A DNA stretch of 64,000 nucleotides from Escherichia phage LF82-9, in the sequence record PV660452. The stretch is one strand, 5' to 3'. Below the pieces are notes generated by a model that saw only the letters and a program-made list of their open reading frames with translations, was not told where the DNA came from and did not search any database. This document shows positions 29,453 through 38,381 of the stretch, one piece after another (position 1 is the stretch's first letter; the number at the start of each line of letters is the position of its first letter). The translations under genes were made by a program, and so were the position numbers.

Positions 29453-30433
29453 TTATTTCAGTAAAGTTACTTCAGAGATTTCCTCCCAACCATCTTTATC
29501 AGTTGAAATAAAATCTGCCACATAAAGAGCCGTACGTAATGATACATTGCGAAGACGAGACACGTTAGCCTTCATCCAGGACAATGCTTTGTACGTTTCA
29601 GCATTAGTCAAGCCACGTTTCTGCATCATGTCAGTAGATAATATTACATCTTCAACTCGAACCATAATCTCTTCATTAGAGTGTACTCCAAGGTCGAGAT
29701 ACACTGAACGAGATACTAAAGCTTGAAGGTGCGGAGCAAGTTTCGAACCGCGTTCTAACTCTTTATCGATATCAACGTTTGTAATGAAAACAATAGTACC
29801 TTCAAACTCAAATTCTTTATCGATACCCTTATCATCAAGATAAGATGATGCAGTGCTCCAGCAAACTTTGCGTTTATCATCAGTATCTAATGCTGCTTTA
29901 AGAAGGTTCAAGATATCTATATCCGAGAATACATCAACATCGTCGATTAAGAGAACGCTGTCTGCATCACGGTTGAGCCAAAGTTGTTCGTAAAGGCCAA
30001 TACCAGAGATTTTACCATTAATGCTTTTGTATTTGATGAAACCATTATCATTAGCATTATTAAGCGCTTTATCCAGAGAATACGTCTTACCAATACCAGC
30101 TGCACCTGAAATAATGAGTGAACGAATTTTGCCATCGATAATGCCATTCGTCATCATGTTCATTACTTTAAAGCGTTTGTTGATACGAGTTTTCATATCT
30201 TCAGTGCTTTCAACAACTGCAACTGGTGTCGTCTCAACTCCTTCCATTACGATGTCTGATTTGAAGACCCATACTCCACGTTCAGAACCATCAATCATAA
30301 CGAAAATTTTACCGTCACCTAAGTGGGAACATTCAGGATTAAGCTTTGCTGGGAACCATGTCTTTGTGGCAACATAAGAACCGGAGATTTCATTATTACG
30401 ATAGATACCTTTTTTGATTTGAACGTTGAACAT
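29453..30433 (-). CDS. P-loop ATPase (AAA-like)
   Basis: Walker A SGAAGIGKT, Walker B LLIDDVD; ATG at 30433 with GGAGAATAAA SD (track start is TTG). Confidence 0.6.
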   Translation of the reverse strand: MFNVQIKKGIYRNNEISGSYVATKTWFPAKLNPECSHLGDGKIFVMIDGSERGVWVFKSDIVMEGVETTPVAVVESTEDMKTRINKRFKVMNMMTNGIIDGKIRSLIISGAAGIGKTYSLDKALNNANDNGFIKYKSINGKISGIGLYEQLWLNRDADSVLLIDDVDVFSDIDILNLLKAALDTDDKRKVCWSTASSYLDDKGIDKEFEFEGTIVFITNVDIDKELERGSKLAPHLQALVSRSVYLDLGVHSNEEIMVRVEDVILSTDMMQKRGLTNAETYKALSWMKANVSRLRNVSLRTALYVADFISTDKDGWEEISEVTLLK

Positions 30434-30463
30434 TTTATTCTCCAAATTTACTCATTTCGTTTT

Positions 30464-30501
30464 GATAGGTCTATAATAACATATCCTAAAAACATGTACA
30501 C
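30464..30501 (-). promoter_or_regulatory. early promoter/stem-loop cassette
   Basis: GATAGGTCTATAATAACATATCC...TGTACA. Confidence 0.4.
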
Positions 30502-30529
30502 TACTTTTTAAAAATATTTTGACCCCCTA

Positions 30530-30547
30530 AAGGGCCCGAAGGCCCTT
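30530..30547 (-). terminator. hairpin just after stop of the nucleotidyltransferase-like gene
   Basis: AAGGGCC-CGAA-GGCCCTT; short T-run. Confidence 0.35.
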
Positions 30548-30548
30548 A

Positions 30549-31538
30549 TCATTTATAGTATGAATTGTGGTTTTCTAAGTAGACTTGCTCAAGGAAGTCA
30601 TCCCAGAAACTCATATCTACTTTTTGCTGCATACCATTCTTGGCAGCTTGTTCTGACGCATGTTCAACTTGGTCAACGATATCTTCTAGGAATTCTTGTA
30701 CAGTTTTAAACGTATGTTTACCAAGCTTAACATCGAGAATAAATGGAGCATCCTGAAGCGGGTAAACCAGGTCGCCGGTTTTGTAAATTTCTAAGAGCTG
30801 AAGTCCACCACGGCATGCGTGACTCAATGCTTTCCAATCAATGCCTTCATTGGCTTCTGCCTTACGAGCACGTTCACCGTAGTTCTCTTCAAGTTTAACC
30901 AGGATGGCATTGAACTCTTTGTTAGTTAACGTATCTTGGAATTTACGGTCTAACAGACTATAGAATGTTTGCTTACCTGTTTTCTCGTTTTCAGTTTCAA
31001 CCCATGAAGCAAATTCACCTATAGGCAAAACATTCTTCATATGTGATAAACGAATTACTGCACCGTTATCAAAGTATTGTCCCCATTCATTAGAACGTTT
31101 AAGGGCTTGACGAAGAACAGCCAGCCGAGAACCCTTGACACCGTATTTAGAAGCTTGCTTACGGACATACCCTAAATAAGATTTCATGTTAGTGGTATAG
31201 AAACGAGACCTGTTATCTTGAATATACTTCCATACATCAGGCAAATCAGATTTAACTACTAGACTTTGTGGAGTGTGAAGCATATCTAATGCGACGGTTT
31301 CACCATCCGCAGCTAGTTTAAAGAAATATTTGAGACTATATAACTCATGGTCTACGTCGTCTTTTGTGTTCTTAGAAGATGTGTTATTCGTGTTCTTGCT
31401 CATATGTTCTTTAACGTTACCGGTCAAGATATCACGAGCATGAGGGACATAAATTTCTTTAAAATCGACGTCAGACTCAGGAGTAGACGTTCCATAAAGG
31501 TGGCTACCAAAGTAGCCTTTCATAATTGTTTTCATCAT
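30549..31538 (-). CDS. nucleotidyltransferase-fold protein (Pol-beta superfamily motif)
   Basis: N-terminal GSHLYGTSTPESDVDF fits G[GS]x9-13DxD nucleotidyltransferase motif; helical C-terminus. Confidence 0.5.
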   Translation of the reverse strand: MMKTIMKGYFGSHLYGTSTPESDVDFKEIYVPHARDILTGNVKEHMSKNTNNTSSKNTKDDVDHELYSLKYFFKLAADGETVALDMLHTPQSLVVKSDLPDVWKYIQDNRSRFYTTNMKSYLGYVRKQASKYGVKGSRLAVLRQALKRSNEWGQYFDNGAVIRLSHMKNVLPIGEFASWVETENEKTGKQTFYSLLDRKFQDTLTNKEFNAILVKLEENYGERARKAEANEGIDWKALSHACRGGLQLLEIYKTGDLVYPLQDAPFILDVKLGKHTFKTVQEFLEDIVDQVEHASEQAAKNGMQQKVDMSFWDDFLEQVYLENHNSYYK

Positions 31539-32008
31539 TTAGCCTTATATTCAAGAGTAGGACAGACTTTTTCTTTATGAGCTTTAAGGTATTCACCTAT
31601 TAATGATTTCTTACGTTCAATAGGCTCAAGTCCATTTTTAATTCGTTCTTGGTTTTGTGCAATGAGCTCAATTTCTTTATAATATTTTCTGTCGTTATAT
31701 TTGTCTAACAACCAAGACGGACCAATTACCAACCCGGTAGCAATAAAAGCCATGACTGCTACAATTAAAATGCCTACACCAATTGAGGCTGGAACTAATG
31801 TCCATAGACTGCTAAAAACAAAGAATTTAGTTAAAATTTCCTGGCCAATGATTGTGACTGCTGCTAAAATCGCAAATCCAATAATTGAAGCAGCCAATAC
31901 CGGGATTAACGTTTTCCAAAAATAAGCACACAACGTTTTAGGACGATTCCATGTACTATTGAATGCAGCATAAATTTTATAGTGCCAAGAGTTTTCATTG
32001 ATAATCAT
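31535..32008 (-). CDS. membrane protein
   Basis: Several hydrophobic helices. Confidence 0.5.
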   Translation of the reverse strand: MIINENSWHYKIYAAFNSTWNRPKTLCAYFWKTLIPVLAASIIGFAILAAVTIIGQEILTKFFVFSSLWTLVPASIGVGILIVAVMAFIATGLVIGPSWLLDKYNDRKYYKEIELIAQNQERIKNGLEPIERKKSLIGEYLKAHKEKVCPTLEYKAK

Positions 32009-32017
32009 AATAATTCC

Positions 32018-32554
32018 TTATTTCAAAGTCGGGATAATAGAATCAAGATAAGCTTTAAGAGCAACTGCTTCGTCTTTGGTAAACGTAGTAATATGTGAAC
32101 GTAAATCATCAATTTGACGAATAGTTACGACATCACCATCTTCATAAGAATTCCGTACATCCAACGTCGTGGTATAGTTTAGAGCTACCGGATTAATAAT
32201 AAAAGCACCACGTCCTTTACCCCATTGAAGTTTAGCCTTTTCGGGTGTTTCAGGTGTTTCAGAATTCAAGAATTCTTTAACCTTATCAACGAATGTTTTC
32301 CAATTATCAATAGAAAGACACATATCTTCAGTTTCGATATTAGCACCACGTTCCCCACGATAAAAACGAACTTGTAGCTCATTGCCAATACTAGTTACGC
32401 TATTAAATCCTGAAGGAGCATAAGATAAAATCTCTTCCAATTCCATAGGAAGAATAGTAATACTATCATCTTCTTGAGTGAAAAGATAGGTATTACCGAG
32501 TTTTTCGATAGTCAAGTCACCGAACATTTCAGTTGTTTCAATTACAGTTTTCAT
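32018..32554 (-). CDS. hypothetical protein (ATG start)
   Basis: MKTVIETTEMF...; track start is alternative codon. Confidence 0.5.
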   Translation of the reverse strand: MKTVIETTEMFGDLTIEKLGNTYLFTQEDDSITILPMELEEILSYAPSGFNSVTSIGNELQVRFYRGERGANIETEDMCLSIDNWKTFVDKVKEFLNSETPETPEKAKLQWGKGRGAFIINPVALNYTTTLDVRNSYEDGDVVTIRQIDDLRSHITTFTKDEAVALKAYLDSIIPTLK

Positions 32555-32555
32555 A

Positions 32556-32735
32556 TTATTCACCAATTAAAGTTTCAACAAAATTCACCAAATCATTCTG
32601 ACGAGCATCAACTTGCTTTTCATAGAAGTCTCCGCTATCATTTACTGCGTGATAAGCTACATCATTTAAATCAGTATCGGCTTCACGCAAGTCATGGATA
32701 AGGTCCATCAATTTATTAGCTTGTTCACGGGTCAT
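32556..32735 (-). CDS. small acidic protein (59 aa), not in ORF track
   Basis: Hand translation MTREQANKLMDLIHDLREADTDLNDVAYHAVNDSGDFYEKQVDARQNDLVNFVETLIGE; stop then ATG of next gene (TAATATG). Confidence 0.4.
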   Translation of the reverse strand: MTREQANKLMDLIHDLREADTDLNDVAYHAVNDSGDFYEKQVDARQNDLVNFVETLIGE

Positions 32736-32861
32736 TTTACCATACTCGTTTCAATAAGATTCACTATGCCGTTTACCATGTTATAAGTAAACATCGGATA
32801 ATTGTATTGTACTACAACATAAGCGATAAGCAAAAGTTTCATTTTGTTCTCCGTTCGTTTT

Positions 32862-32900
32862 GGTAGGACTACTATAACATAGTCCTACCAAGATGTAAAC
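32862..32900 (-). promoter_or_regulatory. early promoter/stem-loop cassette
   Basis: GTTTACA N17 TATAGT with inverted repeat GGTAGGACTA/TAGTCCTACC. Confidence 0.45.
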
Positions 32901-33133
32901 TACCGATTGTGTTTTAAATGTTGATAAAGTTCTTCAACTTGTTTAGGGTCCAAAACAATTAGGTCATTTTCTTGGCGAAGATAAAGCCATCCCTTATCCC
33001 CAGGACCATTTTTACAAAACATCGCCACCATATCATCATCTTCAGCGCTTTCAGGTAAAAGTTCAAGCACACCGTCTTCAGATTTTCCAGTATAATCGTA
33101 AAGCATAATATCCTCACATAATCTCGTTAACAT
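32900..33133 (-). CDS. hypothetical protein
   Basis: 77-aa ORF. Confidence 0.4.
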   Translation of the reverse strand: MLTRLCEDIMLYDYTGKSEDGVLELLPESAEDDDMVAMFCKNGPGDKGWLYLRQENDLIVLDPKQVEELYQHLKHNR

Positions 33134-33293
33134 ACATTTGCAATTCGGTGTGAGCGTCGGCCATCTTTTTCATAGCTCTGTTAATGTCGATGTCTCCATC
33201 TTCGCAACCATGAGCATTTTCCCAATCAGATACCGCATTAGCGTACTCTTCAATCAAAAACATCAACTTAGAAATCTTTTCTTTACGTGTCAT
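33114..33293 (-). CDS. hypothetical protein (ATG with AGGAG SD)
   Basis: MTRKEKISKLMFLIEEYANAVSDWEN... Confidence 0.4.
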   Translation of the reverse strand: MTRKEKISKLMFLIEEYANAVSDWENAHGCEDGDIDINRAMKKMADAHTELQMYVNEIM

Positions 33294-33313
33294 AACGTTC
33301 TCCTCTAGTAAGT

Positions 33314-33349
33314 AAGGTCTACTATAACACAACCTGAGGAGAAGTAAAC
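33314..33349 (-). promoter_or_regulatory. early promoter/stem-loop cassette
   Basis: GTTTACT N16-17 TATAGT. Confidence 0.4.
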
Positions 33350-33360
33350 TGCTAAATGCA

Positions 33361-33390
33361 AAAAAGCCCCAACCTTTCGGAAGGGGCTTT
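33361..33390 (-). terminator. conserved terminator hairpin, copy 1 of 4
   Basis: AGCCCC..CCGAAAGG..GGGGCT then T6 on minus strand. Confidence 0.5.
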
Positions 33391-33392
33391 GA

Positions 33393-33950
33393 TTAGTTTT
33401 TGTAATATCGTAAAGGGTTGATATGGAATGAAAGCATTGCGCGTGGAATAGGACGTCTCAAAAGACTCTTAAGTTTCCAACCACAGTAAACACGCAGATA
33501 AAATGTAATACCACCAACCTTAAGATAAGGTATAGCAGCGAATAATCCCCATGCAGACTCGTTCCAAACTAAAAGATATCCATGATGTGCTGGGTCAGGA
33601 GATCCTGATTTAGTTTCGGCGTTGCCTTTATAGTGCCATTTTGATGAAGCTTCGCGACCTAAAACATGATACGAAAAATTATATGCTTTGTTGCGCCATA
33701 ACCAAGCTACGCGTTGAGCATATTTACCTATAACAGGAATTTTACGTATTTTAGACCAACGTTCAACATGGCCACGGTCACCATCGATAGGATTATCGTA
33801 AGTCATCATCCAGTCAAAGCCATAAGGTAGTTTACCGGTTTTTTCACTATGGAATGGAACTACAAATGGTGCTAGAATAATTGCTAAAATCGCTGCGATC
33901 CAATCTATAGGAACAAGAACAACCCAACTTACATATTTTAAAAATTTCAT
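33393..33950 (-). CDS. membrane protein
   Basis: N-terminal hydrophobic helix; 185 aa. Confidence 0.5.
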   Translation of the reverse strand: MKFLKYVSWVVLVPIDWIAAILAIILAPFVVPFHSEKTGKLPYGFDWMMTYDNPIDGDRGHVERWSKIRKIPVIGKYAQRVAWLWRNKAYNFSYHVLGREASSKWHYKGNAETKSGSPDPAHHGYLLVWNESAWGLFAAIPYLKVGGITFYLRVYCGWKLKSLLRRPIPRAMLSFHINPLRYYKN

Positions 33951-33974
33951 ATATCCTCTCTTAGTTTACAAGGA

Positions 33975-33982
33975 TATTTATA
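33975..33982 (-). promoter_or_regulatory. late promoter TATAAATA
   Basis: Exact TATAAATA on minus strand about 25 nt upstream of ATG at 33950. Confidence 0.45.
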
Positions 33983-33987
33983 CAAAA

Positions 33988-34011
33988 AGCCCCAACCTTT
34001 CGGAAGGGGCT
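33988..34011 (-). terminator. conserved terminator hairpin, copy 2 of 4
   Basis: Same hairpin sequence as 33365..33388. Confidence 0.45.
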
Positions 34012-34017
34012 AGTAAA

Positions 34018-34320
34018 TTAGATAGATGTAGGCTCTAATTTTATTTTCATGAACTCGGCAAATTGTCTGGCGGTTTTTATGCCTTGTTCATGACATTCAA
34101 ATGCATCATCACAGGGGCTATTTTTGTAATGCTTTGCCATATACTTATAGAATTTTTCAGAGTTCTCGACATTTTGAATTTCAAACAAAGTATATACGTT
34201 TTTAATCCCTGATTCCATAAAGTTATCAAAGTATGGGTCAATATGTGCAGTACCAACGATAGGAGTTGTTGCTGCAAAAAACCCCAGCATCGCCATGACA
34301 GCTATCGCTCTTAAGGCCAT
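34018..34320 (-). CDS. secreted/periplasmic protein (signal peptide)
   Basis: MALRAIAVMAMLGFFAATTPIVGTA signal-like N-terminus. Confidence 0.5.
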   Translation of the reverse strand: MALRAIAVMAMLGFFAATTPIVGTAHIDPYFDNFMESGIKNVYTLFEIQNVENSEKFYKYMAKHYKNSPCDDAFECHEQGIKTARQFAEFMKIKLEPTSI

Positions 34321-34332
34321 ATAGGCCTCCTG

Positions 34333-34545
34333 TTAATTTTGGCCAGTATTTATTTTTCGCCTTTGGACGGCCTTAACATCTGTGAGGTATTTTTCCAGCT
34401 TGCGCTTGCGTGTATAATCAGCTTTAGAACCAGTTTGACGGATATCCTCGTTTAAATGAGAAATAGAATGTCCTAATTCTCTTCGGATTTCATCCAATTG
34501 GGTTACAGTAAGATTACGAAGTTGTCTTTCGTTTAATTGCTGCAT
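34333..34545 (-). CDS. hypothetical protein
   Basis: 70-aa ORF. Confidence 0.4.
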   Translation of the reverse strand: MQQLNERQLRNLTVTQLDEIRRELGHSISHLNEDIRQTGSKADYTRKRKLEKYLTDVKAVQRRKINTGQN

Positions 34546-34572
34546 ATATACCTCTTGGTTAGATATTAGTAT

Positions 34573-35154
34573 TTATAACAACCCTGTCAAATCATTCCAA
34601 TGCTTCCGGCATAATGACACATATCTATCGGTATCACCAATTTCAATTTGACTGCCATCTGTAATTGGAAGTCCGTCTTCCGTGACTCTAGCTACCATTG
34701 TGGCCTTTTTACCACAATGACAGACACCTTTAAGTTCAACAAGCTTATCGGCAATAGCCATTAATGCTTGAGAACCTTCAAATAGATTACCTTTAAAATC
34801 TGTTCGTAGTCCATATGCCATTACCGGCACATTGTATACGTCAACAATACGACTAAGTTGATACACCTTTTCAGTAGTTAAGAACTGAGCTTCGTCAACA
34901 AATACGCAGTGAATATCCTTTTGTGCTGCAGCCCATTTATAGAATTCAAAGATATCCATGTCTTTTGTAATTATATTGGCATCCTGACGAATACCAATAC
35001 GAGAGACTATTTCACCTTTTGAATTACGAGTATCAATAGCCGGTTTAAGAACTAATACACCCATGCCACGTTCTTTATAGTTATGTGCGGCAGTAAGTAA
35101 TGAAGCAGACTTACCAGCGTTCATAGCGGCATAGGTAAAAATTAAACTAGCCAT
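34573..35154 (-). CDS. tk: thymidine kinase
   Basis: P-loop AMNAGKS, Zn-binding CHCGK..C; 193 aa as T4 Tk. Confidence 0.92.
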   Translation of the reverse strand: MASLIFTYAAMNAGKSASLLTAAHNYKERGMGVLVLKPAIDTRNSKGEIVSRIGIRQDANIITKDMDIFEFYKWAAAQKDIHCVFVDEAQFLTTEKVYQLSRIVDVYNVPVMAYGLRTDFKGNLFEGSQALMAIADKLVELKGVCHCGKKATMVARVTEDGLPITDGSQIEIGDTDRYVSLCRKHWNDLTGLL

Positions 35155-35344
35155 AAGAGTCCTTAGTTAAATTTTCTAAATATGTTTCTAAATCATTTTC
35201 AGCTTTATTGATAGATTTTACTAATTCGTAGTATGTTTCGGCATCTCCATATTCAGAAGATATTTCAAAAGACAAATCCTTTTCTAAACTAATAATTTCA
35301 CCAACTAAAAATAATATTTCGTTCTTTTGTTCGCGAGTAATCAT
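35147..35344 (-). CDS. hypothetical protein
   Basis: 65-aa ORF. Confidence 0.4.
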   Translation of the reverse strand: MITREQKNEILFLVGEIISLEKDLSFEISSEYGDAETYYELVKSINKAENDLETYLENLTKDSYG

Positions 35345-35532
35345 AATGAATTTATATAATCAATAAGTTCTTGCTCTTTATCGTCAAAATCTTTACACAG
35401 TTCTTCGTATTCGTCAGTATTAAAAGGACCGCATTCATTACAAACTTTTTCCAATTCGCTATTTTTATCCATAACTTCGTGGATAAGAGAAAAGAGTTTG
35501 TCTTTTTGTTCTTTACTTAAACTCATAACCAT
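35341..35532 (-). CDS. hypothetical protein
   Basis: 63-aa ORF. Confidence 0.4.
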   Translation of the reverse strand: MVMSLSKEQKDKLFSLIHEVMDKNSELEKVCNECGPFNTDEYEELCKDFDDKEQELIDYINSL

Positions 35533-35750
35533 GTCACCTTTAAACAGTATTCTTCTACATGCTGTTTACGACCTTTCTTATCAATAAAGGTATATTCAAC
35601 GAATGTTCCAATGTAGTCTTTATCGACATCATGTGGACTATTAATTGGACATTTAGTACGACAAATGCGTTCCCATTGACGAATAATTACTGCTTTATTT
35701 TTAGGATCAAACGGATGTGGGTAATGCACATTCATAATAATGGTTCCCAA
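35523..35750 (-). CDS. hypothetical protein
   Basis: 75-aa ORF. Confidence 0.4.
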   Translation of the reverse strand: MGTIIMNVHYPHPFDPKNKAVIIRQWERICRTKCPINSPHDVDKDYIGTFVEYTFIDKKGRKQHVEEYCLKVTWL

Positions 35751-36229
35751 TCAACAATCACAATTTCTAGTTTAGTGGAATATGTATCAAGAATTTCTTC
35801 AATGATATCCCAGTTTCCACCACCTATACCTGCACCAATTCTTGGCATGTAAATCACAGGCTTTGCTATCTTATTCTTTCCGAATTTATTTAATTCTATT
35901 ATACAATTCATTAAAGCAGAGTACTCAAAATTAGGTCCGGGCTCAAACTGTGTATAAAGATTAAAGCAATAAGCTTTATGGGTCTTAAAATATTTTTCAT
36001 AAACCGAATAGGAACCGAGTTTAGACTCGTCTCCGAATTCGGTTTGAAGTTTATCGGCTTCTAAAATTTTTGGATAAGCCTTTGCTAATTGTCCTGCTAC
36101 ACCAGCGCCCATTGTATGAAAACAATTGCACCCATGAGCAATATTATTACCTTTAGAAAACAGGGCGACAATATCGCCCTTGATATAGTTTTTAATCACT
36201 TGCTGCAAGTCCTCTAGTATAAGAGTCAA
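35732..36229 (-). CDS. macro-domain-like protein (ADP-ribose binding/processing); start uncertain (TTG at 36229 or GTG at 36199)
   Basis: IAHGCNCFHTMGAGVAGQLAKAYP and PRIGAGIGGGNW resemble macro-domain motifs. Confidence 0.5.
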   Translation of the reverse strand: MTLILEDLQQVIKNYIKGDIVALFSKGNNIAHGCNCFHTMGAGVAGQLAKAYPKILEADKLQTEFGDESKLGSYSVYEKYFKTHKAYCFNLYTQFEPGPNFEYSALMNCIIELNKFGKNKIAKPVIYMPRIGAGIGGGNWDIIEEILDTYSTKLEIVIVDWEPLL

Positions 36230-36539
36230 CTAGACGGTCCACCATAGAATTGCATGCTGCCTTATCTTTAGGTTCCGCCACCGAGCATTCTAATATTTGC
36301 CATTTTTTATAGTATCTTTTAATTAAGGTAGACGCCTTGAACCTACTAGACGCCCCATCTTTTTCTCCGTCTTTATATGCATATAACAATTTTTGTGAAA
36401 AATCTACTTTACACTCTTGACTTTTACCACAATAATCAGACGCCGTTCTGTTTGTATACTCCGTTACATCAGTATATGTAGTATTAGCAAGAGCGTTAAA
36501 TGAAACCAAGCCAACTATTAAAGCCAACATTTTGGTCAT
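36192..36539 (-). CDS. periplasmic protein (signal peptide)
   Basis: MTKMLALIVGLVSFNALA signal peptide. Confidence 0.5.
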   Translation of the reverse strand: MTKMLALIVGLVSFNALANTTYTDVTEYTNRTASDYCGKSQECKVDFSQKLLYAYKDGEKDGASSRFKASTLIKRYYKKWQILECSVAEPKDKAACNSMVDRLVDSYTRGLAASD

Positions 36540-37078
36540 TCTTTTATTTCCAGTAGTTTATTTGATTTAAGGTAATTAGCCTTTTCTAGGACTTCAGAAG
36601 CATATTTACTTCCAGCACTTGTCTTCCATCCAGCATTATATGAGGATATGGCTTTCCTTATATCCCCGTTATGTATATTTAACCAATAAGAAAATTCGAT
36701 ATAAGCCCATCTTGCTGAATTAGACCGCTTAGATAGCATTTTCTTAATTTGGGCATCAGTCATATTATAACCAAGCTGGTTAATTCTTGCCCTCATTGTT
36801 GGTAGATAATTTTGGAACATTCCATACGCATGGTGACCTTTCTTATCTTTAAGATTAATACCGGCAGATGATTCCTGCCATAGTATTGCGGCCATTATGT
36901 ATCCAAGTCCTTTCTTATGCATATTTTCATGCGTTTTAAATTTTCCATCCTTAGAAAACTGTTCCCCAAACTGATAAGCATAATTCAAGTTATCGAGTTG
37001 GACATTACTAAAAGTATGCTCGGAGCTATGTGCTGATAACGAAAGAGCAAATAGACCAGCGAGTAGTGCTTTTCTCAT
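36536..37078 (-). CDS. secreted lytic transglycosylase-like protein
   Basis: Signal peptide plus WQESSAG...GMFQ resembling family 1 lytic transglycosylase catalytic motif. Confidence 0.55.
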   Translation of the reverse strand: MRKALLAGLFALSLSAHSSEHTFSNVQLDNLNYAYQFGEQFSKDGKFKTHENMHKKGLGYIMAAILWQESSAGINLKDKKGHHAYGMFQNYLPTMRARINQLGYNMTDAQIKKMLSKRSNSARWAYIEFSYWLNIHNGDIRKAISSYNAGWKTSAGSKYASEVLEKANYLKSNKLLEIKE

Positions 37079-37086
37079 GTTTACCT

Positions 37087-37545
37087 CTAGATTTTAATCA
37101 CTGCTTTAGAAGCTTTTCCTGGTAGTCGTTTACTGTTAATAATAGCCATTCTGCATTGAAGAGTCTTCATTTTGAATGCTGGATTTTCGCGACAAACTGT
37201 AAGTCCTAACCAAAGATTTCCATCAGTTATTTCTAAACGGCCTGGGCGATATTCGACACCTTCGACAAAATCTTCATCAACATCTGGACGTGCCGGCATT
37301 GATAAAAATTCTGCAACTTCTTTAGCATGATTTTTTACTTTATGAAATAATTCAAAAACGTAATTCTCATCTATTTCTCTCTGGATGGCACGATCTAAGA
37401 GATGTTGAGAATACTTGATATGAAAGCCTGGTAGTCCAAGAGACTTTGCAGCATCTTTTATACCGGCATTTATTTTGCGGAACTCCGTTTCAAAGATTCG
37501 ACGGAGTTTATTACGGCGGATAAAAACTTCCGAATTGATAGTCAT
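37087..37545 (-). CDS. regB: endoribonuclease RegB
   Basis: MTINSEVFIRRNKLRR.. close to T4 RegB; ATG at 37545 with GAGGAG SD. Confidence 0.9.
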   Translation of the reverse strand: MTINSEVFIRRNKLRRIFETEFRKINAGIKDAAKSLGLPGFHIKYSQHLLDRAIQREIDENYVFELFHKVKNHAKEVAEFLSMPARPDVDEDFVEGVEYRPGRLEITDGNLWLGLTVCRENPAFKMKTLQCRMAIINSKRLPGKASKAVIKI

Positions 37546-37564
37546 TTTGATTTCTCCTCTAGTT

Positions 37565-37602
37565 GACAAGTCTATAGTAACACAACTAGAGGAGAAGTAA
37601 AC
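37565..37602 (-). promoter_or_regulatory. early promoter/stem-loop cassette upstream of regB
   Basis: GTTTACT N17 then -10 region with inverted repeat. Confidence 0.4.
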
Positions 37603-37901
37603 TACTCTTTGAAAGGAATTAACTTTTTAACTGCTTTAGATACTTCGTCACGAACCTGATGGAAGTTCTTGAGCTGTTCAAGGCGTTGTTCGTAATACGC
37701 AATCTCATCTTCTTCAAGACAATCGTCAGCGTCTTCTTTCAGATATGCCTTGTACTCATTAAAGAGGGCCCATAGGCGGTTCTCAAAGTCATCAAGGCTT
37801 TGAATTTTCTTGTGCTTCGGAACAAGGCCAAAAGGATTGCTTTCAGTTATGCGTCTAGATGCTTCATAATGAGTTCCAAAGCCTGATAGGATTTGAGCCA
37901 T
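37602..37901 (-). CDS. hypothetical protein (vs region)
   Basis: 99-aa ORF. Confidence 0.45.
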   Translation of the reverse strand: MAQILSGFGTHYEASRRITESNPFGLVPKHKKIQSLDDFENRLWALFNEYKAYLKEDADDCLEEDEIAYYEQRLEQLKNFHQVRDEVSKAVKKLIPFKE

Positions 37902-38167
37902 TAGTATTTTTCCTCAGGTCGAAATACTGCACGACAGGCCCACATGCTGGCTTCTTTTAGATGTTGCTTAGCATACTTAAGAGCCTGTACTGCATCCATA
38001 TCTTCTTTGGTTTGTTGCTCTGTTTCATTTTCTTTCAAGATATATGCTTCTTCAATCAGAGCATCAAACAACAATCCAAGACGGACTTCTGCATCTTTAA
38101 TAGCGTTCACTTTACCGATTTTATCGTCGGTATGCGGCTTGTAGCCTTTGATGTCTTCAATCGACAT
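37901..38167 (-). CDS. hypothetical protein (vs region), ATG with GAGGAAA SD
   Basis: [20 protein letters not shown]... Confidence 0.4.
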   Translation of the reverse strand: MSIEDIKGYKPHTDDKIGKVNAIKDAEVRLGLLFDALIEEAYILKENETEQQTKEDMDAVQALKYAKQHLKEASMWACRAVFRPEEKY

Positions 38168-38381
38168 AAGGAATTTCCTCATCGGTGACAAGGTCATATT
38201 CGACCAATTGGATAGGCTCGTTAATACCATATCCACGTACAGTGATATCGGTTGTCGGATATTTTCCAGTAATATCACCCATTCTAAATGCTTCAGTGAA
38301 TGATTGCTCACCTGAGCAACTAAACCAGGCGGCAAAACATTTTAAAACATCTTCAGACCCTTCTATAATCAATTTAGCCAT
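38157..38381 (-). CDS. hypothetical protein
   Basis: 74-aa ORF; ATG overlaps stop of GrcA-like gene. Confidence 0.45.
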   Translation of the reverse strand: MAKLIIEGSEDVLKCFAAWFSCSGEQSFTEAFRMGDITGKYPTTDITVRGYGINEPIQLVEYDLVTDEEIPYVD

